DNA of 64,000 bases from Escherichia coli (GTDB lineage Bacteria; Pseudomonadota; Gammaproteobacteria; Enterobacterales; Enterobacteriaceae): NCBI RefSeq assembly GCF_003019035.1, contig NZ_CP027447.1. One strand, 5' to 3'. The notes under the pieces are model-generated. The model made no database searches, had not been told where the DNA came from, and was given only the letters and a program-made list of their open reading frames with translations. A program made the translations under genes and the position numbers. Position 1 is the stretch's first letter. Each line of letters opens with the position of its first letter. Shown here one piece after another: positions 1-10,497 of this stretch.

Positions 1-1967
1 CGCCGCAGGCCCTGACGGCGTTAAGCAATGCCGGTTTTGTTAAGCGCAGTCTTAAGGAACTGGAAAATGGCAACGTCCCGGAAATCAGCCATGAGAACGG
101 CGCTTTAATCGCCACCTTCAGTGACGGTGTCCGTACCCAACTGGCGAGCGGTCAGGCACTGAAAGAGGCCCGGTGCAGTTGCGGGGCCAGCGGCATGTGC
201 CGCCATCGCGTGATGCTGGTGTTAAGTTATCAGCGACTTTGCGCCACCACTCAGCCCACGGAAAAAGAAGAAGAGTGGCAGCCTGCAATCTGGCTGGAAG
301 AACTGGCTACCCTGCCCGATGCCACCCGCAAACGTGCACAGGCGCTGGTCGCTAAAGGCATCACCATTGAGTTATTCTGTGCGCCGGGCGAAATTCCCTC
401 AGCCCGCTTACCGATGAGTGACGTGCGTTTTTATTCCCGCAGCAGCATTCGCTTCGCCCGCTGTGATTGCATTGAAGGAACGCTGTGTGAACATGTCGTA
501 CTGGCGGTACAGGCCTTTGTCCAGGCCAAAACTCAGCAGGCGGAATTTACTCATTTAATCTGGCAGATGCGCAGCGAACACGTCACATCATCTGACGATC
601 CGTTTGCCAGCGAAGAAGGCAACGCGTGTCGTCAATATGTTCAGCAATTAAGCCAGGCATTATGGCTTGGCGGCATCAGCCAGCCGCTTATTCACTACGA
701 GGCCGCTTTCAGCCGCGCGCAGCAAGCGGCAGAGGCCTGCAACTGGCGCTGGGTGAGTGAGTCACTACGACAGCTACGGGCAAGCGTTGATGCCTTCCAC
801 GCCCGCGCCAGTCACTATCATGCCGGAGAATGCTTACGTCAGCTTGCGGTATTAAACAGTCGATTAAATTGCGCACAAGAGATGGCGCGCCGCGACAGTA
901 TCAGTGAAGTTCCTCCCATGCCGTGGCGAACGGTGGTTGGCGCAGGCATTGCTGGCGAAGCAAAGCTTGATCATTTGCGGCTGGTGTCGCTAGGTATGCG
1001 TTGCTGGCAGGATATTGAGCAGTATGGTTTACGCATCTGGTTTACCGATCCCGACACCGGCAGTATTTTGCACCTTTCGCGCAGTTGGCCGCGAAGTGAA
1101 CAGGAAAACTCACCGGCAGCGACGCGTCGGCTGTTGAGTTTTCAGGCAGGCGCGCTGGCGGGTGGACAAATTGTTTCACAGGCAGCGCGTCGCAGTGCCG
1201 AAGGCGAACTGCTATTCGCGACCCGCAACCGCTTAAGTAGCGTTGTGCCGCTGTCGCCAGACGCCTGGAAAATGCTGAGTGCGCCGCTGCGCCAGCCAGG
1301 CATTGTGGCTTTACGTGAATATTTACGCCAGCGTCCCCCCGCCTGCATACGACCACTCAACCAGGTCGATAACTTATTTATTCTGCCAGTCGCTGAGTGT
1401 ATTTCACTCGGTTGGGATAGCAGCCGCCAGACACTGGATGCGCAGGTAATCAGCGGCGAAGGTGAAGATAACGTGCTGACATTATCCCTACCAGCCTCTG
1501 CCTGTTCGCCCTTTGCTGTTGAACGCATGGCGGCGCTTTTGCAACAAACAGACGACCCCGTGAGTCTGGTTTCTGGCTTTGTCAGCTTTGTAGAGGGGCA
1601 ATTGACACTGGAACCACGGGTGATGATGACAAAAACCCGCGCCTGGGCGCTGGACGCAGAAACTGCGCCTGTAGCACCGCTACCTTCTGCCAGCGTTTTG
1701 CCTGTGCCGTCTACCGCTCATCAGTTGCTGATGCGCTGCCAGGCGTTACTTATTCAACTGCTCCATAACGGCTGGCGCTATCAGGAACAGAGTGCTATTG
1801 GTCAGGCAGAGTTGCTGGCGAATGACCTCACCGCGGTGGGTTTTTATCGGCTGGCACATGTGTTGGGACAATTTCGTAATACAGAAAGCGAGGCACGGGT
1901 AGAAGCAATGAATAACGGTGTTTTGCTTTGCGAACAATTATTCCCCATGCTTCAGCAACAAGGATGA
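1..1967 (+). CDS. yehQ: SWIM zinc-finger domain protein YehQ, 5'-truncated by window edge (frame open from nt 3)
   Basis: Frame open from window start to stop at 1967; two CxC..CxH SWIM-like motifs (CSCGASGMCRH, CDCIEGTLCEH); position immediately upstream of yehR matches E. coli synteny. Confidence 0.75.
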   Translation, partial: PQALTALSNAGFVKRSLKELENGNVPEISHENGALIATFSDGVRTQLASGQALKEARCSCGASGMCRHRVMLVLSYQRLCATTQPTEKEEEWQPAIWLEELATLPDATRKRAQALVAKGITIELFCAPGEIPSARLPMSDVRFYSRSSIRFARCDCIEGTLCEHVVLAVQAFVQAKTQQAEFTHLIWQMRSEHVTSSDDPFASEEGNACRQYVQQLSQALWLGGISQPLIHYEAAFSRAQQAAEACNWRWVSESLRQLRASVDAFHARASHYHAGECLRQLAVLNSRLNCAQEMARRDSISEVPPMPWRTVVGAGIAGEAKLDHLRLVSLGMRCWQDIEQYGLRIWFTDPDTGSILHLSRSWPRSEQENSPAATRRLLSFQAGALAGGQIVSQAARRSAEGELLFATRNRLSSVVPLSPDAWKMLSAPLRQPGIVALREYLRQRPPACIRPLNQVDNLFILPVAECISLGWDSSRQTLDAQVISGEGEDNVLTLSLPASACSPFAVERMAALLQQTDDPVSLVSGFVSFVEGQLTLEPRVMMTKTRAWALDAETAPVAPLPSASVLPVPSTAHQLLMRCQALLIQLLHNGWRYQEQSAIGQAELLANDLTAVGFYRLAHVLGQFRNTESEARVEAMNNGVLLCEQLFPMLQQQG

Positions 1968-2091
1968 AATAGTGCTTTTTATTAAGAGTTCTACTCCTGT
2001 TCCGGACTGCTCACGCCACAGTATTAGGCATATCCTATATAGCCCCTGGTGAGAGTCACCAGTTCCTTGATTAAATAAAATGGAGTTTTAC

Positions 2092-2553
2092 ATGAAGGCT
2101 TTCAATAAGCTGTTTTCCCTTGTTGTTGCATCTGTTCTGGTTTTCTCTCTTGCTGGCTGCGGTGACAAAGAAGAATCAAAGAAATTCAGCGCCAATCTGA
2201 ACGGCACTGAAATTGCCATTACCTATGTCTACAAAGGTGACAAGGTGCTTAAGCAATCTTCTGAAACCAAAATTCAATTTGCCTCCATTGGTGCAACCAC
2301 CAAAGAAGATGCCGCCAGGACACTTGAGCCGTTAAGCGCCAAATACAAAAACATCGCGGGTGTTGAAGAAAAATTAACCTATACCGATACCTACGCGCAG
2401 GAAAACGTGACTATTGATATGGAAAAAGTGGATTTTAAAGCCCTGCAGGGTATTTCAGGAATCAACGTTTCTGCTGAAGATGCCAAAAAAGGTATCACTA
2501 TGGCGCAAATGGAACTGGTGATGAAAGCCGCTGGTTTTAAAGAAGTGAAATAA
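2092..2553 (+). CDS. yehR: Lipoprotein YehR (DUF1307), 153 aa
   Basis: ORF 2080..2553; start at internal ATG gives MKAFNKLF..LAGC lipobox signal peptide; synteny. Confidence 0.85.
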   Translation: MKAFNKLFSLVVASVLVFSLAGCGDKEESKKFSANLNGTEIAITYVYKGDKVLKQSSETKIQFASIGATTKEDAARTLEPLSAKYKNIAGVEEKLTYTDTYAQENVTIDMEKVDFKALQGISGINVSAEDAKKGITMAQMELVMKAAGFKEVK

Positions 2554-2593
2554 TCTGTCGGCGGCCATGTTTCGCATGGCCGCCATACCCGTC

Positions 2594-3064
2594 TTAGCTT
2601 TTCTTCACATGCTGGCGCGCTGCCAGTCCACGCAGAAAATAACGTAAAAATTGATCGCCGCATTCGCGGAAGTTTTTATGATCCGGTGCACGCATCATCG
2701 CCGTAATTTCCGGCATCGAAACGCGGAACTGCTGTTCGGTGAGGATCGCCAGAATGTCATCGGTTTTAAGCGAAAACGCGATGCGTAATTTTTTCAGCAC
2801 GATGTTGTTATTAATGCGACGTTCCGGCTCCAGTGCCGGAGCAGACTCATCCTTGCCGCGTTTTTCATAAATCAGGCCATTGAGGAATGAAGACAAAACA
2901 ATGTCCGGACAACGCTGAAAACCCTCTTCGTCTTCTTTACGTAGCCAGACGGCGATCTGTTCCGCGGTGGCTTCGACATTACCCAGCGCCAGAATACGCA
3001 CCAGGTCATTATTATTGGCTTTCAAAATGTAGCGCACGCTGCGCAGAATATCGTTACTTAGCAT
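2594..3064 (-). CDS. yehS: DUF1456 protein YehS, 156 aa
   Basis: ORF 2594..3121 trimmed to internal ATG (MLSNDILRSV...); synteny. Confidence 0.8.
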   Translation of the reverse strand: MLSNDILRSVRYILKANNNDLVRILALGNVEATAEQIAVWLRKEDEEGFQRCPDIVLSSFLNGLIYEKRGKDESAPALEPERRINNNIVLKKLRIAFSLKTDDILAILTEQQFRVSMPEITAMMRAPDHKNFRECGDQFLRYFLRGLAARQHVKKS

Positions 3065-3110
3065 GAGGCCTTCAGGTGTTGATGAGGCAAAAAGCCATTT
3101 TAGCAGTCTT

Positions 3111-3830
3111 TTACAGGCCAATCGCCTCTTTTAAGCTTTTCAGATAACGGCGGCTGACCGGCACGGTTAAGCCATTACGCAAAATCAACTCGGCCTGACC
3201 GTTATCTTCCAGACGAATCTCCTGTAAATGCGCGAGGTTAACCAGATACTGACGATGGCAGCGCAGTAGTGGTGTACGACTCTCCAGGGTACGTAATGTC
3301 AGTTCGGTAAAGCCCTCTTTCCCTTCGTGACTGGTAACGTAGACACCGCTCATCCGACTGCTGACAAATGCCACATCTTTCATTTGCAGCAAATAAATCC
3401 GACTATGCCCCGTACAAGGGATAAATTTCAGCGCCTGTTGATTTTCCGGTAACAACGAAACATCCTGCTTGCTGCGCTCCAGACGCAATCGCGCCAGCGT
3501 TTTCTCCAGTCGCGCTTCATCAATTGGCTTCAGCAGATAATCAAAGGCATGTTCTTCAAAGGCTTTAATGGCGTATTCATCAAACGCGGTGAGAAAAACA
3601 ATATACGGACGATGTTCCGGGTCGAGCATCCCCACCATTTCCAGACCACTGATGCGCGGCATCTGGATATCGAGGAACAGCACATCCGGGCGCAGTTTAT
3701 GCACCGCGCCGATCCCTTCCACGGCGTTTGAACACTCACCAACGATTTCAATATCGCTCTGCTCCTGCAAAAATACGCGCAGGTTCTCCCGTGCTAACGG
3801 TTCATCATCGACAATTAAGACTTTAATCAT
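3111..3830 (-). CDS. btsR: LytTR-family response regulator BtsR (YehT), 239 aa
   Basis: Receiver domain [17 protein letters not shown]-terminal LytTR domain; ATGA overlap with upstream kinase gene. Confidence 0.9.
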   Translation of the reverse strand: MIKVLIVDDEPLARENLRVFLQEQSDIEIVGECSNAVEGIGAVHKLRPDVLFLDIQMPRISGLEMVGMLDPEHRPYIVFLTAFDEYAIKAFEEHAFDYLLKPIDEARLEKTLARLRLERSKQDVSLLPENQQALKFIPCTGHSRIYLLQMKDVAFVSSRMSGVYVTSHEGKEGFTELTLRTLESRTPLLRCHRQYLVNLAHLQEIRLEDNGQAELILRNGLTVPVSRRYLKSLKEAIGL

Positions 3831-5512
3831 GCCTCGTCCCTCCATGGTAGTCGTAACGTTATTCGGGTGTAACTATCAGGCTCACAGGCGACGCTTATCC
3901 CATAGTCATCGCCAAACCGTTCACGTAAACGCTTATCCACCAGATTCATCCCCAGCCCACTGGCATTGGTTACCGGTTGATACAAACCGGCATTGTCTTC
4001 GATCTCCAGCATCAAATGTTGCCCCTCACGTCGGGCGCTGATTGCCACTCGCCCTGTATCCAGCAGTTGTGATGTCCCATGTTTAATGGCGTTTTCCACT
4101 ATCGGTTGCAGGGTAAACGCGGGCAATTGCTGCTGGGATAATTCTTGCGGAATAGCAATGTTGACCTGCAACCGCGACTGGAAGCGCGCCTTTTCAATTT
4201 GCAGATAAGCGTTCACATGTTCAATTTCGTCGGCGAGAGTAACAAACTCCGAAGGCCGCTTTAAGTTTTTGCGGAAAAAAGTGGAAAGATACTGCACCAG
4301 CTGGCTGGCCTGTTCGCTGTCGCGGCGGATCACCGCTTTAATGGTGTTAAGCGCATTAAACAAAAAATGGGGATTCACCTGGGCGTGAAGCAGTTTGATC
4401 TCTGACTGGGTGAGCATCGCTTTTTGCCGCTCATATTGCCCGGCGAGGATCTGCGCCGAAAGCAGTTGCGCAATCCCCTCACCCAGCGTGCGATTGATTG
4501 AACTGAATAAACGGTTTTTGGCTTCATACAATTTGATGGTACCCATCACTCGCTGATTTTCACCACGCAACGGAATGACCAGCGTCGACCCCAGTTTGCA
4601 TTGCGGATGCAAAGAGCAACGGTAAGGCACTTCGTTGCCATCAGCGTAGACCACTTCACCGGTTTCAATCGCTTTTAAGGTGTAAGTCGAAGAAATCGGT
4701 TTGCCGGGTAAATGGTGGTCGTCACCAATTCCGGTAAAGGCCAGCAATTTCTCTCGATCGGTAATCGCGACTGCACCAATATCCAGCTCCTGATACAGCA
4801 CCTGTGCCACTTTCATGCTGTTCACTTCGTTAAACCCCTGACGCAAAATGCCTTCCGTCGAGGCCGCCACTTTCAGCGCAGTGGCAGAAAAAGCTGAAGT
4901 GTATTTTTCAAACATCGCGCGTTTATCGAGCAATATACGCATAAACAGTGCCGCGCCGACGGTATTGGTGACCATCATTGGCGCAGCAATATTACTCACC
5001 AGACGCACCGCATCTTCATAAGGTCGGGCGATCGCCAGGATGATCAACATTTGCACCATTTCAGCGACGAACGTAACGGCACCGGCGGTAATGGGGTTAA
5101 AGACTTTATCAGTGCGCCCGCGACGGATCAGGATGCTGTGTACCAGGCCGCCGAGCAATCCTTCAACGATGGTCGAGATCATGCAACTTAGCGCGGTCAT
5201 GCCCCCCATCGAATATCGATGTAACCCGCCGGTCAGACCAACCAGCCCACCGACGACCGGACCGCCGAGTAAGCCGCCCATTACCGCGCCTATCGCACGG
5301 GTATTGGCAATAGAATCGTCAATGTGCAACCCAAACCAGGTGCCCATGATGCAGAAGATGGAAAAGACGATGTAGCAGAGAAATTTATGCGGCAGACGAA
5401 CCGTGACCTGCATTAACGGTATGAATAATGGCGTTTTACTCATTAACCACGCAATGACTAAAAAAACGCACATCTGCTGAAGCAGCAGCAACACCAGATT
5501 AAAATCGTACAT
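3827..5512 (-). CDS. btsS: Sensor histidine kinase BtsS (YehU), LytS family, 561 aa
   Basis: Multi-TM N-terminus, GAF and HisKA_3/HATPase regions; ORF 3827..5527 trimmed to [10 protein letters not shown] start. Confidence 0.9.
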   Translation of the reverse strand: MYDFNLVLLLLQQMCVFLVIAWLMSKTPLFIPLMQVTVRLPHKFLCYIVFSIFCIMGTWFGLHIDDSIANTRAIGAVMGGLLGGPVVGGLVGLTGGLHRYSMGGMTALSCMISTIVEGLLGGLVHSILIRRGRTDKVFNPITAGAVTFVAEMVQMLIILAIARPYEDAVRLVSNIAAPMMVTNTVGAALFMRILLDKRAMFEKYTSAFSATALKVAASTEGILRQGFNEVNSMKVAQVLYQELDIGAVAITDREKLLAFTGIGDDHHLPGKPISSTYTLKAIETGEVVYADGNEVPYRCSLHPQCKLGSTLVIPLRGENQRVMGTIKLYEAKNRLFSSINRTLGEGIAQLLSAQILAGQYERQKAMLTQSEIKLLHAQVNPHFLFNALNTIKAVIRRDSEQASQLVQYLSTFFRKNLKRPSEFVTLADEIEHVNAYLQIEKARFQSRLQVNIAIPQELSQQQLPAFTLQPIVENAIKHGTSQLLDTGRVAISARREGQHLMLEIEDNAGLYQPVTNASGLGMNLVDKRLRERFGDDYGISVACEPDSYTRITLRLPWRDEA

Positions 5513-5733
5513 ACCCGCAAACCACACTTCCCTTTAAAACGCGTAACATACATTGCCTGCGTTTAACTTTCTTTGAACTCTTGCAGAAAAATGAGAATTC
5601 GTGAGTATGATCACTCAAAATCGCCTGGCAAAAATAAAATCACCCTATAGATGCACAAAAAACGGGCAAAACTACCTGGTTCGCAAAACTGCGTCTAAAG
5701 TTAAACCGGGACCTCGCGAGCAAGGGTGAGACG

Positions 5734-6465
5734 ATGGCGCTTTACACAATTGGTGAAGTGGCGTTGCTTTGTGATATTAACCCTGTCACGTTACGCGCGT
5801 GGCAGAGGCGTTACGGATTGCTGAAACCGCAACGGACAGACGGCGGTCATCGGCTGTTCAACGATGCCGATATTGACCGGATCCGCGAGATCAAACGCTG
5901 GATCGACAACGGCGTGCAGGTCAGCAAAGTTAAAATGCTGCTCAGTAATGAAAATGTTGATGTGCAGAACGGCTGGCGCGATCAGCAAGAAACATTACTG
6001 ACTTACCTGCAAAGCGGCAATCTGCATAGCCTGCGAACGTGGATCAAAGAGCGCGGTCAGGATTACCCCGCCCAGACACTCACCACGCACCTGTTTATTC
6101 CACTGCGCCGACGGCTTCAGTGCCAACAACCGACTCTCCAGGCGCTGCTGGCGATCCTCGACGGCGTACTGATCAACTACATCGCCATCTGTCTGGCTTC
6201 GGCGCGCAAAAAACAGGGTAAAGATGCACTGGTGGTTGGCTGGAATATTCAGGATACCACTCGTCTGTGGCTGGAGGGCTGGATTGCCAGTCAACAAGGA
6301 TGGCGCATTGATGTCCTCGCCCACTCGCTCAATCAACTACGCCCTGAACTGTTCGAAGGTCGTACATTGCTGGTGTGGTGCGGTGATAATCGAACCTCCG
6401 CCCAACAGCAGCAACTCACCAGTTGGCAGGAACAAGGCCATGATATTTTCCCACTCGGCATTTAA
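5734..6465 (+). CDS. mlrA: MerR-family transcriptional regulator MlrA (YehV), 243 aa
   Basis: N-terminal MerR HTH (YTIGEVALLCDINPVTLRAWQRRYGL); length and synteny. Confidence 0.9.
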   Translation: MALYTIGEVALLCDINPVTLRAWQRRYGLLKPQRTDGGHRLFNDADIDRIREIKRWIDNGVQVSKVKMLLSNENVDVQNGWRDQQETLLTYLQSGNLHSLRTWIKERGQDYPAQTLTTHLFIPLRRRLQCQQPTLQALLAILDGVLINYIAICLASARKKQGKDALVVGWNIQDTTRLWLEGWIASQQGWRIDVLAHSLNQLRPELFEGRTLLVWCGDNRTSAQQQQLTSWQEQGHDIFPLGI

Positions 6466-6524
6466 TGATTCGTTAACAAATGCGCTTTACTGTACAATCC
6501 TTTCGTTAACATAAGGAGTGCATT

Positions 6525-6632
6525 ATGCGCATAGCTAAAATTGGGGTCATCGCCCTGTTCCTGTTTATGGCGTTAGGCGGAATTGGTGGCGTCATGCTCG
6601 CAGGTTATACCTTTATTTTGCGTGCTGGCTGA
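6525..6632 (+). CDS. yohO: Small membrane protein YohO, 35 aa ([35 protein letters not shown])
   Basis: Read directly from sequence; below the ORF-track size cutoff; AGGAG Shine-Dalgarno 6-8 nt upstream; single hydrophobic helix. Confidence 0.7.
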
Positions 6633-7344
6633 ACGCCTGCACCAGCCTTTCAAACAGGCGGTCTGCGATGATCGCCGCCAGTGCCACCAGTAATGCCCCC
6701 TGGATCACATACGCGGTATTAAATCCGCTAAGCCCGATGATGATCGGCGTACCCAGCGTGCTGGCCCCTACCGTTGAGGCGATCGTCGCCGTACCAATGT
6801 TGATAATCACCGAAGTTCGCACGCCCGCCAGAATCACCGGAGCCGCCAGCGGTAGCTCGACCTTACGCAGTCGCTGACCACGACTCATTCCCATACCTTT
6901 CGCAACTTCTGTCACGCTGGCATCAATCGCTCCCAGCCCGGCAAGTGTCGCCTGCAGGACGGGTAGCACACCGTAAAGGATCAAGGCGATAATCGCCGGT
7001 TGCAGGCCAAAGCCGATCACCGGAACGGCAATCGCCAGCACTGCAACGGGCGGAAAAGTCTGCCCAACGGCAGCAATAGTTTCCACCAGTGGGCGAAATT
7101 CCGCGCCCCACGGGCGAGTAACAATAATTCCTGCACCAGTGCCAATGATCACCGCAAACAAACTCGAAATTCCCACCAGCCAGAAATGAGCCAGTGCCAG
7201 AGCTGCAAAACTTTCTTGCTGATAAACGGGGCGTGGCAGTTGTGGGAACAAGGCAGCAAACAGCGGCTGGCTGTAAGGCAGCCAGAAAATCAGTGCCACA
7301 AACAAAGCAATGAGCCAGAACAGCGGATCGCGCAACATCTTCAT
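6613..7344 (-). CDS. yehW: ABC transporter permease YehW (osmoprotectant uptake system), 243 aa
   Basis: Polytopic permease ORF; first gene of 4-gene ABC operon; synteny. Confidence 0.9.
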
Positions 7345-7348
7345 ACGC

Positions 7349-8275
7349 TTACGCCTCCACCAGCAGATCCTGAAAATGCAGCGTGCCGCAAGGCTGGCCC
7401 TGCGTGTTCATCACCGGCAGCACCTCGCATCCCCGCGCGACAAACAGGGAGAGCGCATCGCGTAGCGTCATCTCTTCTGCCAGTGCCTCACCTTCTGCAC
7501 GTTCTTCGCGACGCACGTAATCCGCCACACTACGTAACGAAAGCAGGCGCACACCCAGTTCACTACGTCCAAAAAACTGGCGAACAAAATCATTCGCCGG
7601 ACGAGTCAGCATCGTCAGCGGATTGCCCTGCTGCACCACTTCACCGTGATCCATCAATACCAGATGTTCTGCCAGCCGTAGCGCCTCATCAATATCATGA
7701 GTGACCAGCACAATAGTGCGCCCCAGCAAACGGTGAATGCGCGTCATCTCTTGTTGCAACGCGCCGCGCGTTACCGGGTCCAGTGCGCCAAAAGGTTCAT
7801 CCATCAGTAAGACTTGCGGATCGGCAGCCAGTGCGCGCGCCACTCCCACACGTTGCTGCTGACCACCGGAAAGCTGATGCGGATAACGCTCACGTAAATT
7901 TGACTCCAGCCCCAGTAGCGCCATTAATTCGTCGATACGATCGTCAATCCTCGCCCGCGACCATTTTTGTAATTGCGGCACGGTAGCGATGTTTTGCGCC
8001 ACGCTCCAGTGGGGAAACAGGCCAATAGATTGAATGGCATAGCCCATCCGGCGGCGCAACTCCAGCACTGGCAGCGAGCGAATTTCTTCTCCGGCAAAGC
8101 GGATCACGCCACTGTCATGCTCCACCAGGCGGTTAATCATTTTCAGAGTGGTGGATTTACCGGAGCCTGATGTACCAATCAGCACTGAAAAACTCCCCTC
8201 CTGAAAATTGAGATTGAGATCGTTAACGGCTTTTTGTGCGCCGAACAGTTTGCTGACATGGCTAAATTCAATCAT
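7349..8275 (-). CDS. yehX: ABC transporter ATP-binding protein YehX, 308 aa
   Basis: Walker [13 protein letters not shown] signature LSGGQQQR, C-terminal CBS-like region. Confidence 0.9.
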   Translation of the reverse strand: MIEFSHVSKLFGAQKAVNDLNLNFQEGSFSVLIGTSGSGKSTTLKMINRLVEHDSGVIRFAGEEIRSLPVLELRRRMGYAIQSIGLFPHWSVAQNIATVPQLQKWSRARIDDRIDELMALLGLESNLRERYPHQLSGGQQQRVGVARALAADPQVLLMDEPFGALDPVTRGALQQEMTRIHRLLGRTIVLVTHDIDEALRLAEHLVLMDHGEVVQQGNPLTMLTRPANDFVRQFFGRSELGVRLLSLRSVADYVRREERAEGEALAEEMTLRDALSLFVARGCEVLPVMNTQGQPCGTLHFQDLLVEA

Positions 8276-9425
8276 TACGTTTCACCTTCAGCAGTGCGAT
8301 AAGCAAATCGAACAGCGCGTCGGTAAGCACCGCCAGAACAATTACCGGGATCACCCCCAGCAACACTAAATCAATGGCACTGCTTAGCAGCCCCTGGAAA
8401 ACCAGCGCACCAAAACCGCCTGCGCCGATTAACGCTGCAATCACCGCCATACCTACAGTTTGCACCATCACCACCCGCAGGCTGCGCAGAAATACCGGTA
8501 ACGCCAGCGGTAACTGAACATGCAGGAATCGCTGCGCCCCGCTCATCCCCATCGCTCTGGCGCTCTCCAGCACATCGCGCGGGATCTGGTTCAAGCCGAC
8601 TACCACGCCGCGCACCAGCGGCAGCAAGGCATAGAGCACCAGCGCAATCAGTGCGGGTGTCATTCCGGTTCCTGCTATGCCCAGCTTACCCAGCCACGGA
8701 AAGGCCGTCACCAGCGCGGCAAGCGGCGCAATCAACAGGCCAAAGAGCGCCACCGAAGGCACGGTCTGAATGACATTGAGTAGCGAAAAAATCGCCCCCT
8801 GCCGCGCGGTGGAAAAGTAGCACCAGACGCCCAACGGCACACCAATCACTAACGCAGGCAGCACCGCACCAAACAGCAACGTCAGATGTTGCGCCAGCGC
8901 GTCATCAAACACATCCTGACGGTTGGCGTATTCTTTCATTAGCGAGAGATCGTTAAGCACGCCGGAATACAGCAACCACAGCGGAATGATGGCAATCTGC
9001 ATATGCAACAACCAGCGCCACAGCGGATGCGTGGAGATTCGTCGGATGGCATCGCTACAGGCAAGCAATGCCAGCGCCGCAGCCAGCCAGAAACCACTGC
9101 CGAGGCTGGTACGCGCCAGCGCACTGCCATTTTGCGCCAGTTGTGTCGCCGCCTTTCCAGCTCCCCACACCAGCAATACGAAGACGAATTGCGCCAGAAT
9201 GAGTGCAAAAATGCTGCCTTTTTTAGCGGGAATAACACAGGCTGTCAGCCAGGCGCAACCAACGCCCACCAGCATCCAGATCGTTTGCGGCCACAGCTGC
9301 CAGAGATGGCGCCCCTCACCCGAAACTAAACGATTAGGCGCGTAACTGATAAACGGCAGCGCCGCTGCGATTGCCGTCAGCAACAGCAGCAGCGCCAGAA
9401 CAGGATTAATACGTAGATAAGTCAC
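8268..9425 (-). CDS. yehY: ABC transporter permease YehY, 385 aa
   Basis: Polytopic permease; 8-nt overlap with yehX; synteny. Confidence 0.9.
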   Translation of the reverse strand: MTYLRINPVLALLLLLTAIAAALPFISYAPNRLVSGEGRHLWQLWPQTIWMLVGVGCAWLTACVIPAKKGSIFALILAQFVFVLLVWGAGKAATQLAQNGSALARTSLGSGFWLAAALALLACSDAIRRISTHPLWRWLLHMQIAIIPLWLLYSGVLNDLSLMKEYANRQDVFDDALAQHLTLLFGAVLPALVIGVPLGVWCYFSTARQGAIFSLLNVIQTVPSVALFGLLIAPLAALVTAFPWLGKLGIAGTGMTPALIALVLYALLPLVRGVVVGLNQIPRDVLESARAMGMSGAQRFLHVQLPLALPVFLRSLRVVMVQTVGMAVIAALIGAGGFGALVFQGLLSSAIDLVLLGVIPVIVLAVLTDALFDLLIALLKVKRND

Positions 9426-9431
9426 GGGAAA

Positions 9432-10349
9432 TTACTTCGTCCACCCTTTTTGTTTCAGGTAGTCGGCAGCCACTTTTTTGGCATCCAGTCCTTCAACTGC
9501 AATGCTGGCATTCAGTTGCTGCAATGTTTTTGCATCGAGGCTGGCGAAGACTGGCTGTAGCCACTGTGCCATTTGCGGATACTCCTTCAGCACCGACTCA
9601 CGCACCACTGGTGCAGGCGCGTAGATAGGCTGCACGCCTTGCGGATCGCTTAAGGTTTGCAACCCCAGTGCCGCGACCGGACCGTCAGTGCCGTAAGCCA
9701 TTGCGGCATTAACGCCAGAAGTTTGCTGGGCAGCGGCCTTGATCGTTACCGCCGTGTCGCCACCAGCCAGTGACAGCAACTGATCCTGACCGAGCTTAAA
9801 GCCATAGGCTTTTTCAAAGGCGGGTAACGCATCGGCGCGTTCGATAAACTCTGCTGAGGCAGCCAGTTTGAAGGTGCCACCCTCTTTCAGATAACGACTC
9901 AGGTCAGCAAGCGAAGTGAGTTTGTTTTTCTCTGCCACATCCTGACGCACGGCGATGGTCCAGGTGTTATTTGCAGGCGCGGGCGTCAGCCAGATTAACT
10001 TGTTTTGCTCTGCATCGAGTTTTTTGACTTTCTCATAGCCTTGCTGCGCGTTTTTCCATGCCGTATCGTTTTCATCTTTAAAGAAAAACGCGCCATTGCC
10101 AGTATATTCCGGATAGATATCCAGCTCACCAGAAGTGATCGCCCCGCGCACTACGGGAGTCGTTCCCAATTGCACTTTATTTACCGTAGGAACGCCGTGA
10201 CTTTCCAGCACCTGCAAAATGATATTGCCGAGCAGCGCGCCTTCGGTATCGATTTTTGAACCGACTTTAACGGGGGAAGCCGCGTGCAGCGGCAGGCTCA
10301 CGGCTGCCAACAAAACCAGTGAACCTGCCCAGACCTTTGAGAGTGGCAT
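9432..10349 (-). CDS. osmF: Periplasmic substrate-binding protein OsmF (YehZ), 305 aa
   Basis: Signal peptide then glycine-betaine-binding-like fold; operon with yehYXW. Confidence 0.9.
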   Translation of the reverse strand: MPLSKVWAGSLVLLAAVSLPLHAASPVKVGSKIDTEGALLGNIILQVLESHGVPTVNKVQLGTTPVVRGAITSGELDIYPEYTGNGAFFFKDENDTAWKNAQQGYEKVKKLDAEQNKLIWLTPAPANNTWTIAVRQDVAEKNKLTSLADLSRYLKEGGTFKLAASAEFIERADALPAFEKAYGFKLGQDQLLSLAGGDTAVTIKAAAQQTSGVNAAMAYGTDGPVAALGLQTLSDPQGVQPIYAPAPVVRESVLKEYPQMAQWLQPVFASLDAKTLQQLNASIAVEGLDAKKVAADYLKQKGWTK

Positions 10350-10497
10350 GATGCTTTCCTCAATCTTTTACTGTTGTTTTCAGCGAATTAAGAGAAAAGC
10401 ATAGTTGATAATGGCGGGGTTAGCCTGAGCGGAAGGAATCAGTTGCAGAATCAGATAAATACTTAAAGGGCGCAAACGTCGCGCCCTTGCTAAAGCA

